From a virus, in the IMG/VR virus record IMGVR_UViG_2791355073_000002, positions 1 to 40,479 of that record: DNA of 40,479 nt; one strand, 5' to 3'. Positions within the stretch are counted from its first letter, which is position 1, and every line of letters begins with the position of its first letter. Both the position numbers and the translations under genes were made by a program. Of the stretch, positions 15,235 to 24,379 are shown piece after piece. The notes under the pieces were generated by a model. That model saw only the letters and a program-made list of their open reading frames with translations, was not told the DNA's origin and searched no databases.

Positions 15235-18042
15235 TCATACCTCGCGAGCGGTCTCGCTGAGTGAGCGCTCGATCTTGTCGATCACGTCACCAGCCGAGAG
15301 CCGCGCGCCGAGCGTGAGCGAGATCTCGCCGGCCGACTCGTCGATCGATCGGATCTCGAAGCGCTCGTCGCCGGGGGTCGGTAACTGACTGGGCGCGATC
15401 GCGTCCACAAGCGCGAAGCCAGCCTCTCGCTGCGGGATGGTCACCTCGGCCTCCCACTGCGGGCTGTCCAGTTCGTCGACGATGAACGACGCCGCCCCGA
15501 CCGCGGCCGTGTCCGAGCGAATCGCGTTGAGCTTCTCGACGCGATGGTTGTCGAAGCTGACGTCGCGCTCAGTCGACCCGACAGGCTGCCACTCGTAGTC
15601 GATGAGGTAGTCCTGTCCGGCCGTCATGTCGCCGCCGTCCGTGATCGAGATAAACCCGTCCTGGTACTCAATCTCGTAGTCTCCAGCAACCTCATCGCCC
15701 GACTCCTCGACCGACTCGAACTCCGTCCCATCAGGCGCGTACACGCGCTCGCTGTTAGCCTGTATCCGGTCGTTGGCGAGCGACGTCCCACTGAGGCTTG
15801 CGGTGAAGCCCTCGCCCTCGGTCGGCTGCGACTTACCGTAGACAGTCGCACCAGACAGTTCGCGCGAGAGGTCCTTGCTAACGTCGTAGTTGGCGATATC
15901 GGGGTCCGCGTCGCTCGTCCGCTGGCCGATCTGCGTAACGATGACGCGCGGCCCACCGACGTCGGCGTCCCACTGTACCTCCCAGATACAGTTTGCTCGT
16001 TGTGCCTTGGACGTCAGCTCCTCCTCGATCGGGTTATCGATCGACTCGCTGATCGACGGGCTGCCGAGCGCGTCGTACTCGACAGTCAGCTCGTCAAGTC
16101 GCTGCGGGACCGTCCGGTAGTTGGTGTAGTACTGCTCGACCCCGCCGTTCGGGCCGTCTGCCGCATCGCCGTCGGCGCCGCCAAGTGTGACACGGGCGAT
16201 AAAGTCTCGAGTCGACGATCCGAAGTCACGGTCGATCGACGTCGCGTTGGTCGCCTCCTGTACGTCCGTCTCGATCGGACCGACGCCGATAGCCTGATCG
16301 TTGGTCGTGTCCGATACGGTGGCGGCGAGCGTCGCGCCGGTCGCCCGCTGGATGGGCTGGATGGTAAAGTCGATCGTCTGTGGCGAGTAGACGCCGGGCG
16401 GTCCGTCAAGCCGCTCGTTGCTGTCAAGTGTGTTCGCGAACGTCGACGGATCCCACTCGCGCTCGTCGACGACGGCGGGCATGTCGAGATACATCGAGCC
16501 CTCGGGCCCGAGCTGGGTGGAGATTGTCGGGTCCGAGTCCGAGGTCACGACCTCTAGGGTGTGGGTGCCAGCGTCGAGGTCGTCGATCTCGTCGGCCGTC
16601 CGGGAGCCAACGAGGTCGCTGATCTCCTTCCACTCGACGGTCTTGTCAGCGCTATCCGCCTCCTGCCGGGCGATCGACCCGATTTTCTGCCCGTCGAGAT
16701 AGACGAGCAGGAATCCGTCGTAGTTGTACGACGCGCGGAACCAGACGCCCACAGACTCGGCGGGGATGCGGTACTCGGTCTCGAACGTCCACGTGCTCGA
16801 CCGTTGCTCGCCGACGTCGAACTCGACGGCGTTGCTCACGGTCCAGTTGACGGTCGTGTCGTTGACGATGTCGACGCCGGCAGACTCGATGTCGGGCAAC
16901 AGCGTCATGACCGCTGTCCGACGCGGTTCGAGCGAGTCGAAGTTGACCGCAATCGGGTCGGTGAGCTCGTCGATGTCGGCGTAGTTGCGCCAGTCTGCTC
17001 GCCCCGAGAGCGTGCCGAACGACTCGCCCGTGGAGGCCGGGGCCGGGTCCACTGTGTAGTGGTAGCCCGAGGCGTCGAGGACGTCTCGCATCACGTTGTG
17101 TGCCGAGCGGTCGCGGACCTCGTCCTGGTACCGTGCCGAGAGGGCCGTCCCGCCACGGCCGATCAGCTCGACGTGGTCGCCGCCCGACCCACGGACGATC
17201 CGGGCGTCGTCGAATTGTTCGATCGGGAGGCGCTCCCCATCTCTCCACACGCGCATCGGCTGGCGCTCCCACTCCTCGTCGAGCCACTTCTCCGCGCGCG
17301 GGACCGGGATAGTCACTTCGGGCGTGCCGTTGAGCCGAGGCGACGCCTCGACGTCGGCGAGGATCGTCGGCTCGACGACGCCCTCGCCATCCGGCCGGTC
17401 GATCTCGACGTGCCAGCCGGACGCCTGGACGCCTCGCGGGGCGAGCCCGATCGCCGGCGTCGTAGCCTCGGCCGTGTCACTCGCCTCGGAGTGAGGCGTG
17501 TAAGCGGTGACGCGGTACTCGACGGTCGCGTCGGACGGGGCGCCGACCGTGGTAGACTCCGTGTCCGGGTCGAGATCGTCGACCTCCACCCAGTGGCTCC
17601 AGCCGCCGCCGTAGAGCCGGCGGCGCTCCACGAGATAGCCGGTCTCGTTGTCGGCGTTGTCCTCCCACGCGAGGTCCACCGTCGTCGCGTCCACGACCGT
17701 CGCCGTGAGCCCCGACGGTGACGGGAACGCCGTGACGATCACGACGGGCTGCGTCCACGCCCCAATACGGTGCTCGGTCTCGGTCCGGGCGCGGACCTCG
17801 TACTCCTCGCCGTCAGCTCTGCCCACGAACTCCATCGTGAGCGTGTCGAACGCGCCGATGAACTCTGCGAAGCCCGCGGCGGAGGAGTCCCACGTCGACT
17901 GCCCCGTCTCACGGATCTGGATGCGGACGTCGCCGTAGTTCGTGACTGCCGACTCGCGATCGACGGCGATCTCGTCCTCGACGCCGTTGCCGAGGACGGG
18001 CTGGTCCTCGTCCGGGAGGGTGGTGGTGAATTGCTGTGGCAT
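15235..18042 (-). CDS. Large tail-tip/host-specificity protein with FN3-like domains (935 aa)
   Basis: Start re-assigned to MPQQFTTT (TAATG overlap); FN3 signature PSGLTATVVDATTVDLAWEDNADNETGYLVERR...YRVTAY; position after distal tail genes. Confidence 0.8.
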   Translation of the reverse strand: MPQQFTTTLPDEDQPVLGNGVEDEIAVDRESAVTNYGDVRIQIRETGQSTWDSSAAGFAEFIGAFDTLTMEFVGRADGEEYEVRARTETEHRIGAWTQPVVIVTAFPSPSGLTATVVDATTVDLAWEDNADNETGYLVERRRLYGGGWSHWVEVDDLDPDTESTTVGAPSDATVEYRVTAYTPHSEASDTAEATTPAIGLAPRGVQASGWHVEIDRPDGEGVVEPTILADVEASPRLNGTPEVTIPVPRAEKWLDEEWERQPMRVWRDGERLPIEQFDDARIVRGSGGDHVELIGRGGTALSARYQDEVRDRSAHNVMRDVLDASGYHYTVDPAPASTGESFGTLSGRADWRNYADIDELTDPIAVNFDSLEPRRTAVMTLLPDIESAGVDIVNDTTVNWTVSNAVEFDVGEQRSSTWTFETEYRIPAESVGVWFRASYNYDGFLLVYLDGQKIGSIARQEADSADKTVEWKEISDLVGSRTADEIDDLDAGTHTLEVVTSDSDPTISTQLGPEGSMYLDMPAVVDEREWDPSTFANTLDSNERLDGPPGVYSPQTIDFTIQPIQRATGATLAATVSDTTNDQAIGVGPIETDVQEATNATSIDRDFGSSTRDFIARVTLGGADGDAADGPNGGVEQYYTNYRTVPQRLDELTVEYDALGSPSISESIDNPIEEELTSKAQRANCIWEVQWDADVGGPRVIVTQIGQRTSDADPDIANYDVSKDLSRELSGATVYGKSQPTEGEGFTASLSGTSLANDRIQANSERVYAPDGTEFESVEESGDEVAGDYEIEYQDGFISITDGGDMTAGQDYLIDYEWQPVGSTERDVSFDNHRVEKLNAIRSDTAAVGAASFIVDELDSPQWEAEVTIPQREAGFALVDAIAPSQLPTPGDERFEIRSIDESAGEISLTLGARLSAGDVIDKIERSLSETAREV

Positions 18043-20354
18043 TATGAGTCGTCCTCCGTCTGCGCGTGGTCGGTGTTCGCGACGACCCTGGCGTCGTACG
18101 CCTCGCCGTGTAGCAGCCCCGTAACCGTCATTGCGGCCTCGGTCCTGTCGGTCGTCGTGAAGGTGTTCCACGAGCTCGCGCTCGTCGGCTTGTACTGCAC
18201 GAGCACGTTGCCGTTGTTGTGAGTCGACTGCCACGCGTAGTCGGCGGTCGAGTCGGTGACGTTCGAGACGTCGAACCCGGTCGGCGCCGGAAGGATTGTC
18301 GTCGCCTCAACCGCGGCGCGGGAGCCCCCCCACACGGTCGACACGGCGCCTCGCCGATCCTGCTCGACCACCTCGTTGGCCTCAAGCCGGTATCGCTCGC
18401 CGTCGAGCAAGCCCGTGTAGTCATCGGACGTGGTCCCGACTGGGTGGTCTGTAGTGGACAGAGTACTGCCAGCTTGCCCGAAGTGCGTCTGGACACCGTC
18501 TGTGAAGGATGCGTTGAGTGACCATGAACCAGCAGCCTCACGCTGGACGCTCGTGTCGAGCGAGATGCTTGACGGCGCAGCAGGCGAAGTGTACTCATGG
18601 AGGATGTCGGAGACGACAACGCGGTCAACGGCGAAGTGATCGCCGCCGTACATCCCGCTACTCGTCGCTGTCCCTACCCGGATTCGGTTATCCGACGAGA
18701 GCCACGAACTATCGACGATCACCGAGACTTCAAACCACCCCTGTTTGTTGTACTCCCACTTGTAGTGTCGTAGAGCGTGCCACGAGGAACCGTCATACCA
18801 CGATATTCCGAAGTCCTCTTGATTGCTATCGAGGCTAGCGGTTGCGAATGCGCACCTCACGAGGACGTCGACCTCGCCGGAGAGGTCGCCGAGGTTCTTC
18901 TGGATCCATGTTCCCTGATCGCCGTTCGCCCCTTCTCCGTAGAAGTAGTTGGTCCCTTGATCGGCTCCGCTGACAGTCAAATCTGCCGGGCCTGAACCAG
19001 ATTGTACACCAGTATCACCAACGAGATTGGTCGCGTCCCACGCCGACAGGTCGCCGGATTCGAAATCGTCCTCGAAGTAGACGTTGCCCTCGTTGCCGTA
19101 GTCGGCGTAGACGTACTCGGATTTTGGCATTCCCGGCCCGGACGACTGGGCACGGAACTGGTGACGGGCGTCTTCTTGTAGTTCATCTCCACTCTGGGTC
19201 GATCCGCCAACCGTGTATTCGACCACAAGTTCGGACCCTTGCGTAGCGGGGTCTCCGCTCACTATTTGCGATTCGCCCGAAACAGTCGTTCCGATCCATT
19301 CCCACGACCCGTATCCCCCACCGGTGTCCACCCGATATTCAAGTCTGAAATATTCCGCTATGTCGCTTTTCACAGTAGATTCAATTCTGAGCGTATCCGC
19401 GTCAGGTCGACTCACACTCGGATTGTGTGGCGGGATGGGCGTCGTGTAGACCGTCCCGCTGTACGCCCAGTCGCTTGTGCTGATAGAGTTGGTGGCCCGA
19501 ACCCGGAACTCGAACCCCGAGTCGATCCCGACCTGTTCGCCGTACGGCGAGTCCGAGTTCGGCCCATAGGAGTACGTCCCGCCCGAGGACGGTGACGACG
19601 GACCACCGGCCGGCGAGACCCACGATCCATCGTCGCGACGTATCTCCACATCGAAACTGTCAGCCGCGTCCTGGCTGTCGAAGCTGAGCTGGACCTCGTC
19701 GTCCGCCACGTATGACGCCTGAACGCCCGTGGGCTGCGTGACCTGAAGCGTGACGACGACCTCGGCGTCGCCTCCGTTGCCGCCACCAGTCTGGGTATCA
19801 TTGACAGTGACACCGCCGGCGGTCGTCACGCCCCCGGGCTCGCCGGGCTCTTGGCCCCCATTTCTGCCAAACTCGCCCTGCCCGCCATTACCGCCAACAC
19901 CGGAGCCTGCCGCGTCCTGTCCGGGGTTGTCCACCGCACCGCCGCCGAGTCCGCCGCGGGCACCGCCACCGCCACCGGAGTACTCGGCGCCCCGACCGCC
20001 GCCGCCGCCGCCGCCGCCGGCTGCGACGAGCTCGACGCCGTCCGATTGCCTTGTGACAGTCGTGGCGCCGCCACCGCCACCACCATCAGCACCGCTGGCA
20101 TAGATAGACTCACCGCCGTTGCCGCCGTCCCCTGCCGGAGACCTCCCCCCGGCGGGCGCCGAACCTCCCTCGCCGACGGCAATCTCGAGCGTTGTCCCGC
20201 TTTCTACCTCGATCGATGCGTACCCGCCGTTGCCGCCCTCCTCCTCGTTATTATCGGCGACTGATCTGCCGCCGCCGGCGCCGAACACCTCGACGGTCGC
20301 GTCGGTCGGGAGCGTGTACGTCTGCGTGCTGTTTGGCGTATCAAACGTCGGCAT
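18042..20354 (-). CDS. Glycine-rich plus FN3 tail fibre/adhesin-like protein (770 aa)
   Basis: N-terminal GAGGG/GGNGG/GGGGG repeats, several FN3-like repeats, lower-GC central beta domain. Confidence 0.75.
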   Translation of the reverse strand: MPTFDTPNSTQTYTLPTDATVEVFGAGGGRSVADNNEEEGGNGGYASIEVESGTTLEIAVGEGGSAPAGGRSPAGDGGNGGESIYASGADGGGGGGATTVTRQSDGVELVAAGGGGGGGGRGAEYSGGGGGARGGLGGGAVDNPGQDAAGSGVGGNGGQGEFGRNGGQEPGEPGGVTTAGGVTVNDTQTGGGNGGDAEVVVTLQVTQPTGVQASYVADDEVQLSFDSQDAADSFDVEIRRDDGSWVSPAGGPSSPSSGGTYSYGPNSDSPYGEQVGIDSGFEFRVRATNSISTSDWAYSGTVYTTPIPPHNPSVSRPDADTLRIESTVKSDIAEYFRLEYRVDTGGGYGSWEWIGTTVSGESQIVSGDPATQGSELVVEYTVGGSTQSGDELQEDARHQFRAQSSGPGMPKSEYVYADYGNEGNVYFEDDFESGDLSAWDATNLVGDTGVQSGSGPADLTVSGADQGTNYFYGEGANGDQGTWIQKNLGDLSGEVDVLVRCAFATASLDSNQEDFGISWYDGSSWHALRHYKWEYNKQGWFEVSVIVDSSWLSSDNRIRVGTATSSGMYGGDHFAVDRVVVSDILHEYTSPAAPSSISLDTSVQREAAGSWSLNASFTDGVQTHFGQAGSTLSTTDHPVGTTSDDYTGLLDGERYRLEANEVVEQDRRGAVSTVWGGSRAAVEATTILPAPTGFDVSNVTDSTADYAWQSTHNNGNVLVQYKPTSASSWNTFTTTDRTEAAMTVTGLLHGEAYDARVVANTDHAQTEDDS

Positions 20355-20355
20355 C

Positions 20356-21540
20356 CTATCGCACCTCCTGGCGCTCAACGAGTGTCTGCTCGACGCCTGG
20401 ATCAACGACGCGCGTCGACGCGATCGGCTCCAGACGGTCGTACAGCGCCGGCGGCAGCGGCCCGCTCTCCGACGACGGAATCGTCACGAGGAGGTCATCC
20501 CACCCGCGGAACAGCCGCAGGTCGACCCGGAAGACGTCACCCGCGTTCGTCCCGGCGACGGCCTCGAACTCGACGAGCGCGTGGATGCTTGCCTGCCCGA
20601 TCTGCGTCAGGTCGACGTCGACCGGTACCCACTCTGTCGCGAGCTCGCCCGAGTAGCTCGGGAGGTCGACGCTGGTCCAGCTGTCCGTGGCCGTGTCCCA
20701 GCGCTCGGCCGTGAGGCTGGCCGTCTGGTCGCCGGCGTCGGGCTCGTCGAGGCGGACGCGGAGCAGGCCGTTCTCGAGGACGCACTCGGCGCCGGCGTCG
20801 AACTCGTGAGCGGTGTTGAACACGCGTTGCCACGCGACGACGCCGTCCTCATCGCGGATGCTCGAGTGACCGTGCGTGTCCCAGACCCCCGGGTCGATAT
20901 CACCCTGGGCGTCGTATGGGAGGTCATAGAGCAGCGTAGGGTTCGAGCCGGGCAGGTCGGCCGTGTTGATGAGGTCGACGTCACCGTGCTGGGCAGTGAC
21001 GGTCTGCGTCGGCGTCGGCGTCACTCGGTCGGTCGGCGACGACTGCGAGTTGACGGTCTGGACGCGAGTGGCCGAGCTCGGGATGCCGACCAGCGACGTC
21101 GAGGTGGTTCCGTACGGGTTCGTCAGGTCGTCCGAGTCCGAGACCTCAACGCCCACCCAGTGCGTGTTTCGGGTGCCTTTCTCAGTGAGATTCGCGCCGA
21201 CAGAGATCGCGCCGGCAGCCTGCGGCATCACCGGGTCATCATCGACGAGTTCTGCGGTGTAGTATGCGTCCGACGGCTGTGACGCTTCAACAGCCGCAAA
21301 CGATGCCGCCTCGATGTCGTTTGACGAGAGGATCTCCCGCAGTTCTTGGGCCATCCGCTCAGCGTAGCGCCCGCGATAGTCGACGTCGAGGCGGATGTCT
21401 GAGGCCTCGCCCGAGATGCGCTTCACACGCCCGCCACCGCCGAGTACGCTCTGTCGAGAGAGTTGCGCGCGGGACGCATCGAGGCGGTTACTCGCGATGC
21501 TGCTCTCGGAGATCTCCGTCCGGTAGTAGCGGCGAGTCAT
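20356..21540 (-). CDS. Minor tail protein (394 aa)
   Basis: Position in tail operon; ATGA coupling. Confidence 0.7.
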   Translation of the reverse strand: MTRRYYRTEISESSIASNRLDASRAQLSRQSVLGGGGRVKRISGEASDIRLDVDYRGRYAERMAQELREILSSNDIEAASFAAVEASQPSDAYYTAELVDDDPVMPQAAGAISVGANLTEKGTRNTHWVGVEVSDSDDLTNPYGTTSTSLVGIPSSATRVQTVNSQSSPTDRVTPTPTQTVTAQHGDVDLINTADLPGSNPTLLYDLPYDAQGDIDPGVWDTHGHSSIRDEDGVVAWQRVFNTAHEFDAGAECVLENGLLRVRLDEPDAGDQTASLTAERWDTATDSWTSVDLPSYSGELATEWVPVDVDLTQIGQASIHALVEFEAVAGTNAGDVFRVDLRLFRGWDDLLVTIPSSESGPLPPALYDRLEPIASTRVVDPGVEQTLVERQEVR

Positions 21541-22202
21541 CGGGTATCCCTCGCGACCGCGTCGATCGGGTCGCCGGCGTCGATCGCCTCGATACAGGTG
21601 ATCGATCCGTCCCACGTCGACATCGACTGGCCCGGGAAGTCCGCGCCGGGGTTCTCGAAGACAACCTGGAGCGGCTCGTACACGCCGCCCTCGCGGTACT
21701 GGCCGTACCGGAGTGTCGCCGGGCCGTCACCGACGATCCCTGCGCCGGGGAAGAGCTCCCCGCTCACCGAGGAGACGCGCGTGTTCCGCAGCCACCAGAA
21801 GAGGCAGGCCATCTGTCGCGTCGGGTGTTCGCCTGTCGCGTCGCTCTTCGTGAACGTGTCTGGATCGCCTTTGTCACCCCACTGGAGTGGGTTACCGTTC
21901 GGACCGGTCGCGCCTTCCCAGGAGTTGAAGTCGATGGTGACGGCGAACTGCGACCCCCCGAGGTTGATGAAGAGGTCCTTGTTGATCGGCGCGTCGACGA
22001 AGTCGCCGATCGTCCCGTCGACGAGGGCGAGCAACGATTGTCCGGGCGTGGCCCGGATTTGTGTCCGCTGCTCGGGGCTGATCTGGAGCCCCTCCTCGCC
22101 GCCGGTGAACATCTCGAACCGGGCGGTTCGGCGTCCGGTTCCATCGGGATCGCCCTCGATCTCGATGGAGGCGATACGGTCGGCTACTGGTAGGTCGGTC
22201 AT
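21537..22202 (-). CDS. Minor tail protein, distal-tail-like by position (221 aa)
   Basis: First tail gene after tape measure; start re-assigned to MTDLPV. Confidence 0.65.
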   Translation of the reverse strand: MTDLPVADRIASIEIEGDPDGTGRRTARFEMFTGGEEGLQISPEQRTQIRATPGQSLLALVDGTIGDFVDAPINKDLFINLGGSQFAVTIDFNSWEGATGPNGNPLQWGDKGDPDTFTKSDATGEHPTRQMACLFWWLRNTRVSSVSGELFPGAGIVGDGPATLRYGQYREGGVYEPLQVVFENPGADFPGQSMSTWDGSITCIEAIDAGDPIDAVARDTR

Positions 22203-22336
22203 GGAGTATGAATGGCTTCGATGCGGCCCGCTGGCCGAACTTTCACTATCTCTTTGCTTTCGAGAGGTCAACAGCCGTTGCCGGTTTTACTTTCACCTAG
22301 CCCCCGGGATGCTTATCCGTCAGCGTAGAAAACGCG

Positions 22337-22528
22337 TTGATAGCGACGAACAAAAGTCGCGAGTGGATAGACGATCCGCGGCTCAACCGGATGGTTAGCT
22401 TGTTCGAAGTACCAGCCCCGGCGGCTGCTGTAATGGCCTCCGTTCCGGTGTTGGTCTATGCCGGTCCGAGCGTGGCTCTGACGTATGTCATCCTCGCTCT
22501 CGGATCGTACACCTACGTGAACTCGTAG
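22337..22528 (+). CDS. Small membrane protein, low GC (alternative start 22391)
   Basis: Hydrophobic C-terminal two thirds; opposite strand to tail operon. Confidence 0.5.
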   Translation: MIATNKSREWIDDPRLNRMVSLFEVPAPAAAVMASVPVLVYAGPSVALTYVILALGSYTYVNS

Positions 22529-22617
22529 GGGCTCAGCGTTTAAGAGACACTGAGTGTGCCTCGACATTTTATGATACTTCGAAGAAGCGAAGGCGAGAGC
22601 CGGTGGTTAGCTTGTTC
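22392..22617 (+). repeat. Direct repeat TGGTTAGCTTGTTC (22392-22405, 22604-22617), each followed closely by CAGCCCC
   Basis: Seen directly in sequence. Confidence 0.8.
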
Positions 22618-22959
22618 CCAGCCCCACGCATCCGATTTTCAGCACGTGGCTGCGATGAGACAGTACGTGCGGCCGGATCCGTGACTTAGGTTATCTATGG
22701 TGCTCTCGCCTGCTCCGAGTCCTCGGTGGCATGGGTGTGTCGTTTGTCATTGTGGGAGTTTGATGTCTCCCGCACCCGCTAACTAGTTCACGAGCGCAGC
22801 AAATAAATCCAGCGCTACCTTCGAATGTCCTCATAATTGGATATTTAGGGTCTCTACAAACATTTTTGCTCTTTCATTATGCTACAGAGGAACGTAAGTA
22901 AACCAAGTGAGCAGTCTACTGGCCGAACCTCTTTATCAGCGCGCTACGACGTCGCCGAT

Positions 22960-23151
22960 ATGGCGATCGGGATGCATCCGCGGGAGTGGGTAGCAGAGTT
23001 GATCGGCGTTTTCGGTTCCGCTGTCACCGCAGTCACTGCTTACTCCCGAAACGATCTAATGCTGGGGATTGCTGCGATTTTTATTCTGATGATTACCCTT
23101 CATCTTACTAGGATTCGGGTTTCTCATGATATCAGCGTACGCGACCACTGA
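22960..23151 (+). CDS. Small two-TM membrane protein (63 aa; alternative start 22879)
   Basis: WVAELIGVFGSAVTAVTAY and LMLGIAAIFILMITLHL helices. Confidence 0.6.
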   Translation: MAIGMHPREWVAELIGVFGSAVTAVTAYSRNDLMLGIAAIFILMITLHLTRIRVSHDISVRDH

Positions 23152-24379
23152 TCTTCCGGTTGAACTCCCGGAGTGCGTCTTCTTTTGATTTTTCCATAGC
23201 CCGTTTCACTTCGCGCTTCGTCGCTCCTTCAACAGTCACGTTCGACTCAACGCGGATATCGGTGCGCTGTTGCGAGTTATCGTCGTTGCCTCCTCCGTCA
23301 TCTAGGAAGCTGTTGATTGCTTCCTCGATTCGGCTCGCGGCGTTCTGGAACCCCTCGGCTTGGGCCTGGCGACCCTCAGCTGAGAACACAGACCCCGAGT
23401 ACTTGTCCTCCGGTATTTCAGGAAGGTTTGCCCAGTCCGGGGTGCGCTGGTTGATCGCCTGACGTCGCCTGTTCATGCCTTCTGGGTCAGTAAGGCCCAG
23501 GCCCTCTGGTGTGAGGAACGCGCCGCCAGAAGCTGCGGAACCTCCTGTAGACGCTCCTATGCTGCGAATAGCTTCAATTCCGAACGCCGAAGCCGCCCCT
23601 CCAAGGAGTATCTCTGGAAGTCCAATTGAGCTACCAATCCCGTCTGCTACCCCGTCAGTCGACAGCTCCGGAGTGCCAATCTCGATAGGCACCCAGTCCG
23701 GCTGCGGGGTCTCGACCGGCTCAGGGTCTTCGACCGGCTGCTCTTTTGGATCCTCTACCGGCTGCTCTTTCGGATCGGCGACCGGCTGTTCTTTGGGATC
23801 TTCGACTGGCTGCTCTTTCGGCTCTCCAACCTCAACCGGGTCGGGCTCGACGACGTCGAGTGGGTGCCAGTCCGGTTCTGGCGGTGGCGAGAGGTCTGGA
23901 AGTTCCGGCCAAGAGAACTCCGGCAGCGACGGCCACGAGAAGCTCGAGAGCACACTCGAGAGCGCGCCGATCCCGAGCAGCGCCCCACCGCCGAGGATCG
24001 CCGCCCCGCCGCCGAGGAGTCCACCGCCGGCGCGAGCAGCACGGTCGAAGTTGCCCTCTTCTTGGGCGTCGACCAGCTGCTCAAGCAAGCGATTCCGCTC
24101 TCGCGAAAGCTCGTGTTCCTCCTGCCACTCGGCCTCGATGTCGGTCTCCTCGAACGTCTCGCTCAGCTCCTCGATCGACGACGTCTGGTCGGTGAGCAGT
24201 TGGCGCTGTCGCGCTCGGTCGCGAGCGGCAACTTCGCTGCCGCTGCCGGCGCCGGACACCTCCGCCTGGACGTCGAGCGGGACTGAGGAGAGCGCGTCCT
24301 CGACGTCGGCCTTGGCCTCGGTGAGTGACCGATCGTCGATGACGACGTCGACGGTGTTCTGCGTCTCGAACTCAGTCAC
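23132..24379 (-). CDS. Short tape-measure-like protein with Pro-rich repeats (415 aa)
   Basis: Follows tail chaperone; helical N-terminus, Gly/Leu hydrophobic segments, typical IRVESNVTVEG tail. Confidence 0.7.
   Translation of the reverse strand: MTEFETQNTVDVVIDDRSLTEAKADVEDALSSVPLDVQAEVSGAGSGSEVAARDRARQRQLLTDQTSSIEELSETFEETDIEAEWQEEHELSRERNRLLEQLVDAQEEGNFDRAARAGGGLLGGGAAILGGGALLGIGALSSVLSSFSWPSLPEFSWPELPDLSPPPEPDWHPLDVVEPDPVEVGEPKEQPVEDPKEQPVADPKEQPVEDPKEQPVEDPEPVETPQPDWVPIEIGTPELSTDGVADGIGSSIGLPEILLGGAASAFGIEAIRSIGASTGGSAASGGAFLTPEGLGLTDPEGMNRRRQAINQRTPDWANLPEIPEDKYSGSVFSAEGRQAQAEGFQNAASRIEEAINSFLDDGGGNDDNSQQRTDIRVESNVTVEGATKREVKRAMEKSKEDALREFNRKISGRVR
23727..23822 (-). repeat. Four tandem 24-bp coding repeats (PKEQPVED)
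   Basis: Plus-strand units such as TCTTCGACCGGCTGCTCTTTTGGA with synonymous variation. Confidence 0.9.

Noticed and set aside
15235-18234. 999-aa call for the tail-tip protein
   Set aside because: First 64 codons overlap the previous gene and are Arg-rich; TAATG coupling supports a start at 18042
15235-20354. Diversity-generating retroelement or invertible tail-fibre system
   Set aside because: No reverse transcriptase, invertase, template/variable repeat pair or flanking inverted repeats seen
23727-23822. 24-bp repeats as a CRISPR array
   Set aside because: Directly tandem with no spacers; variation is mostly synonymous in a coding frame; no cas genes
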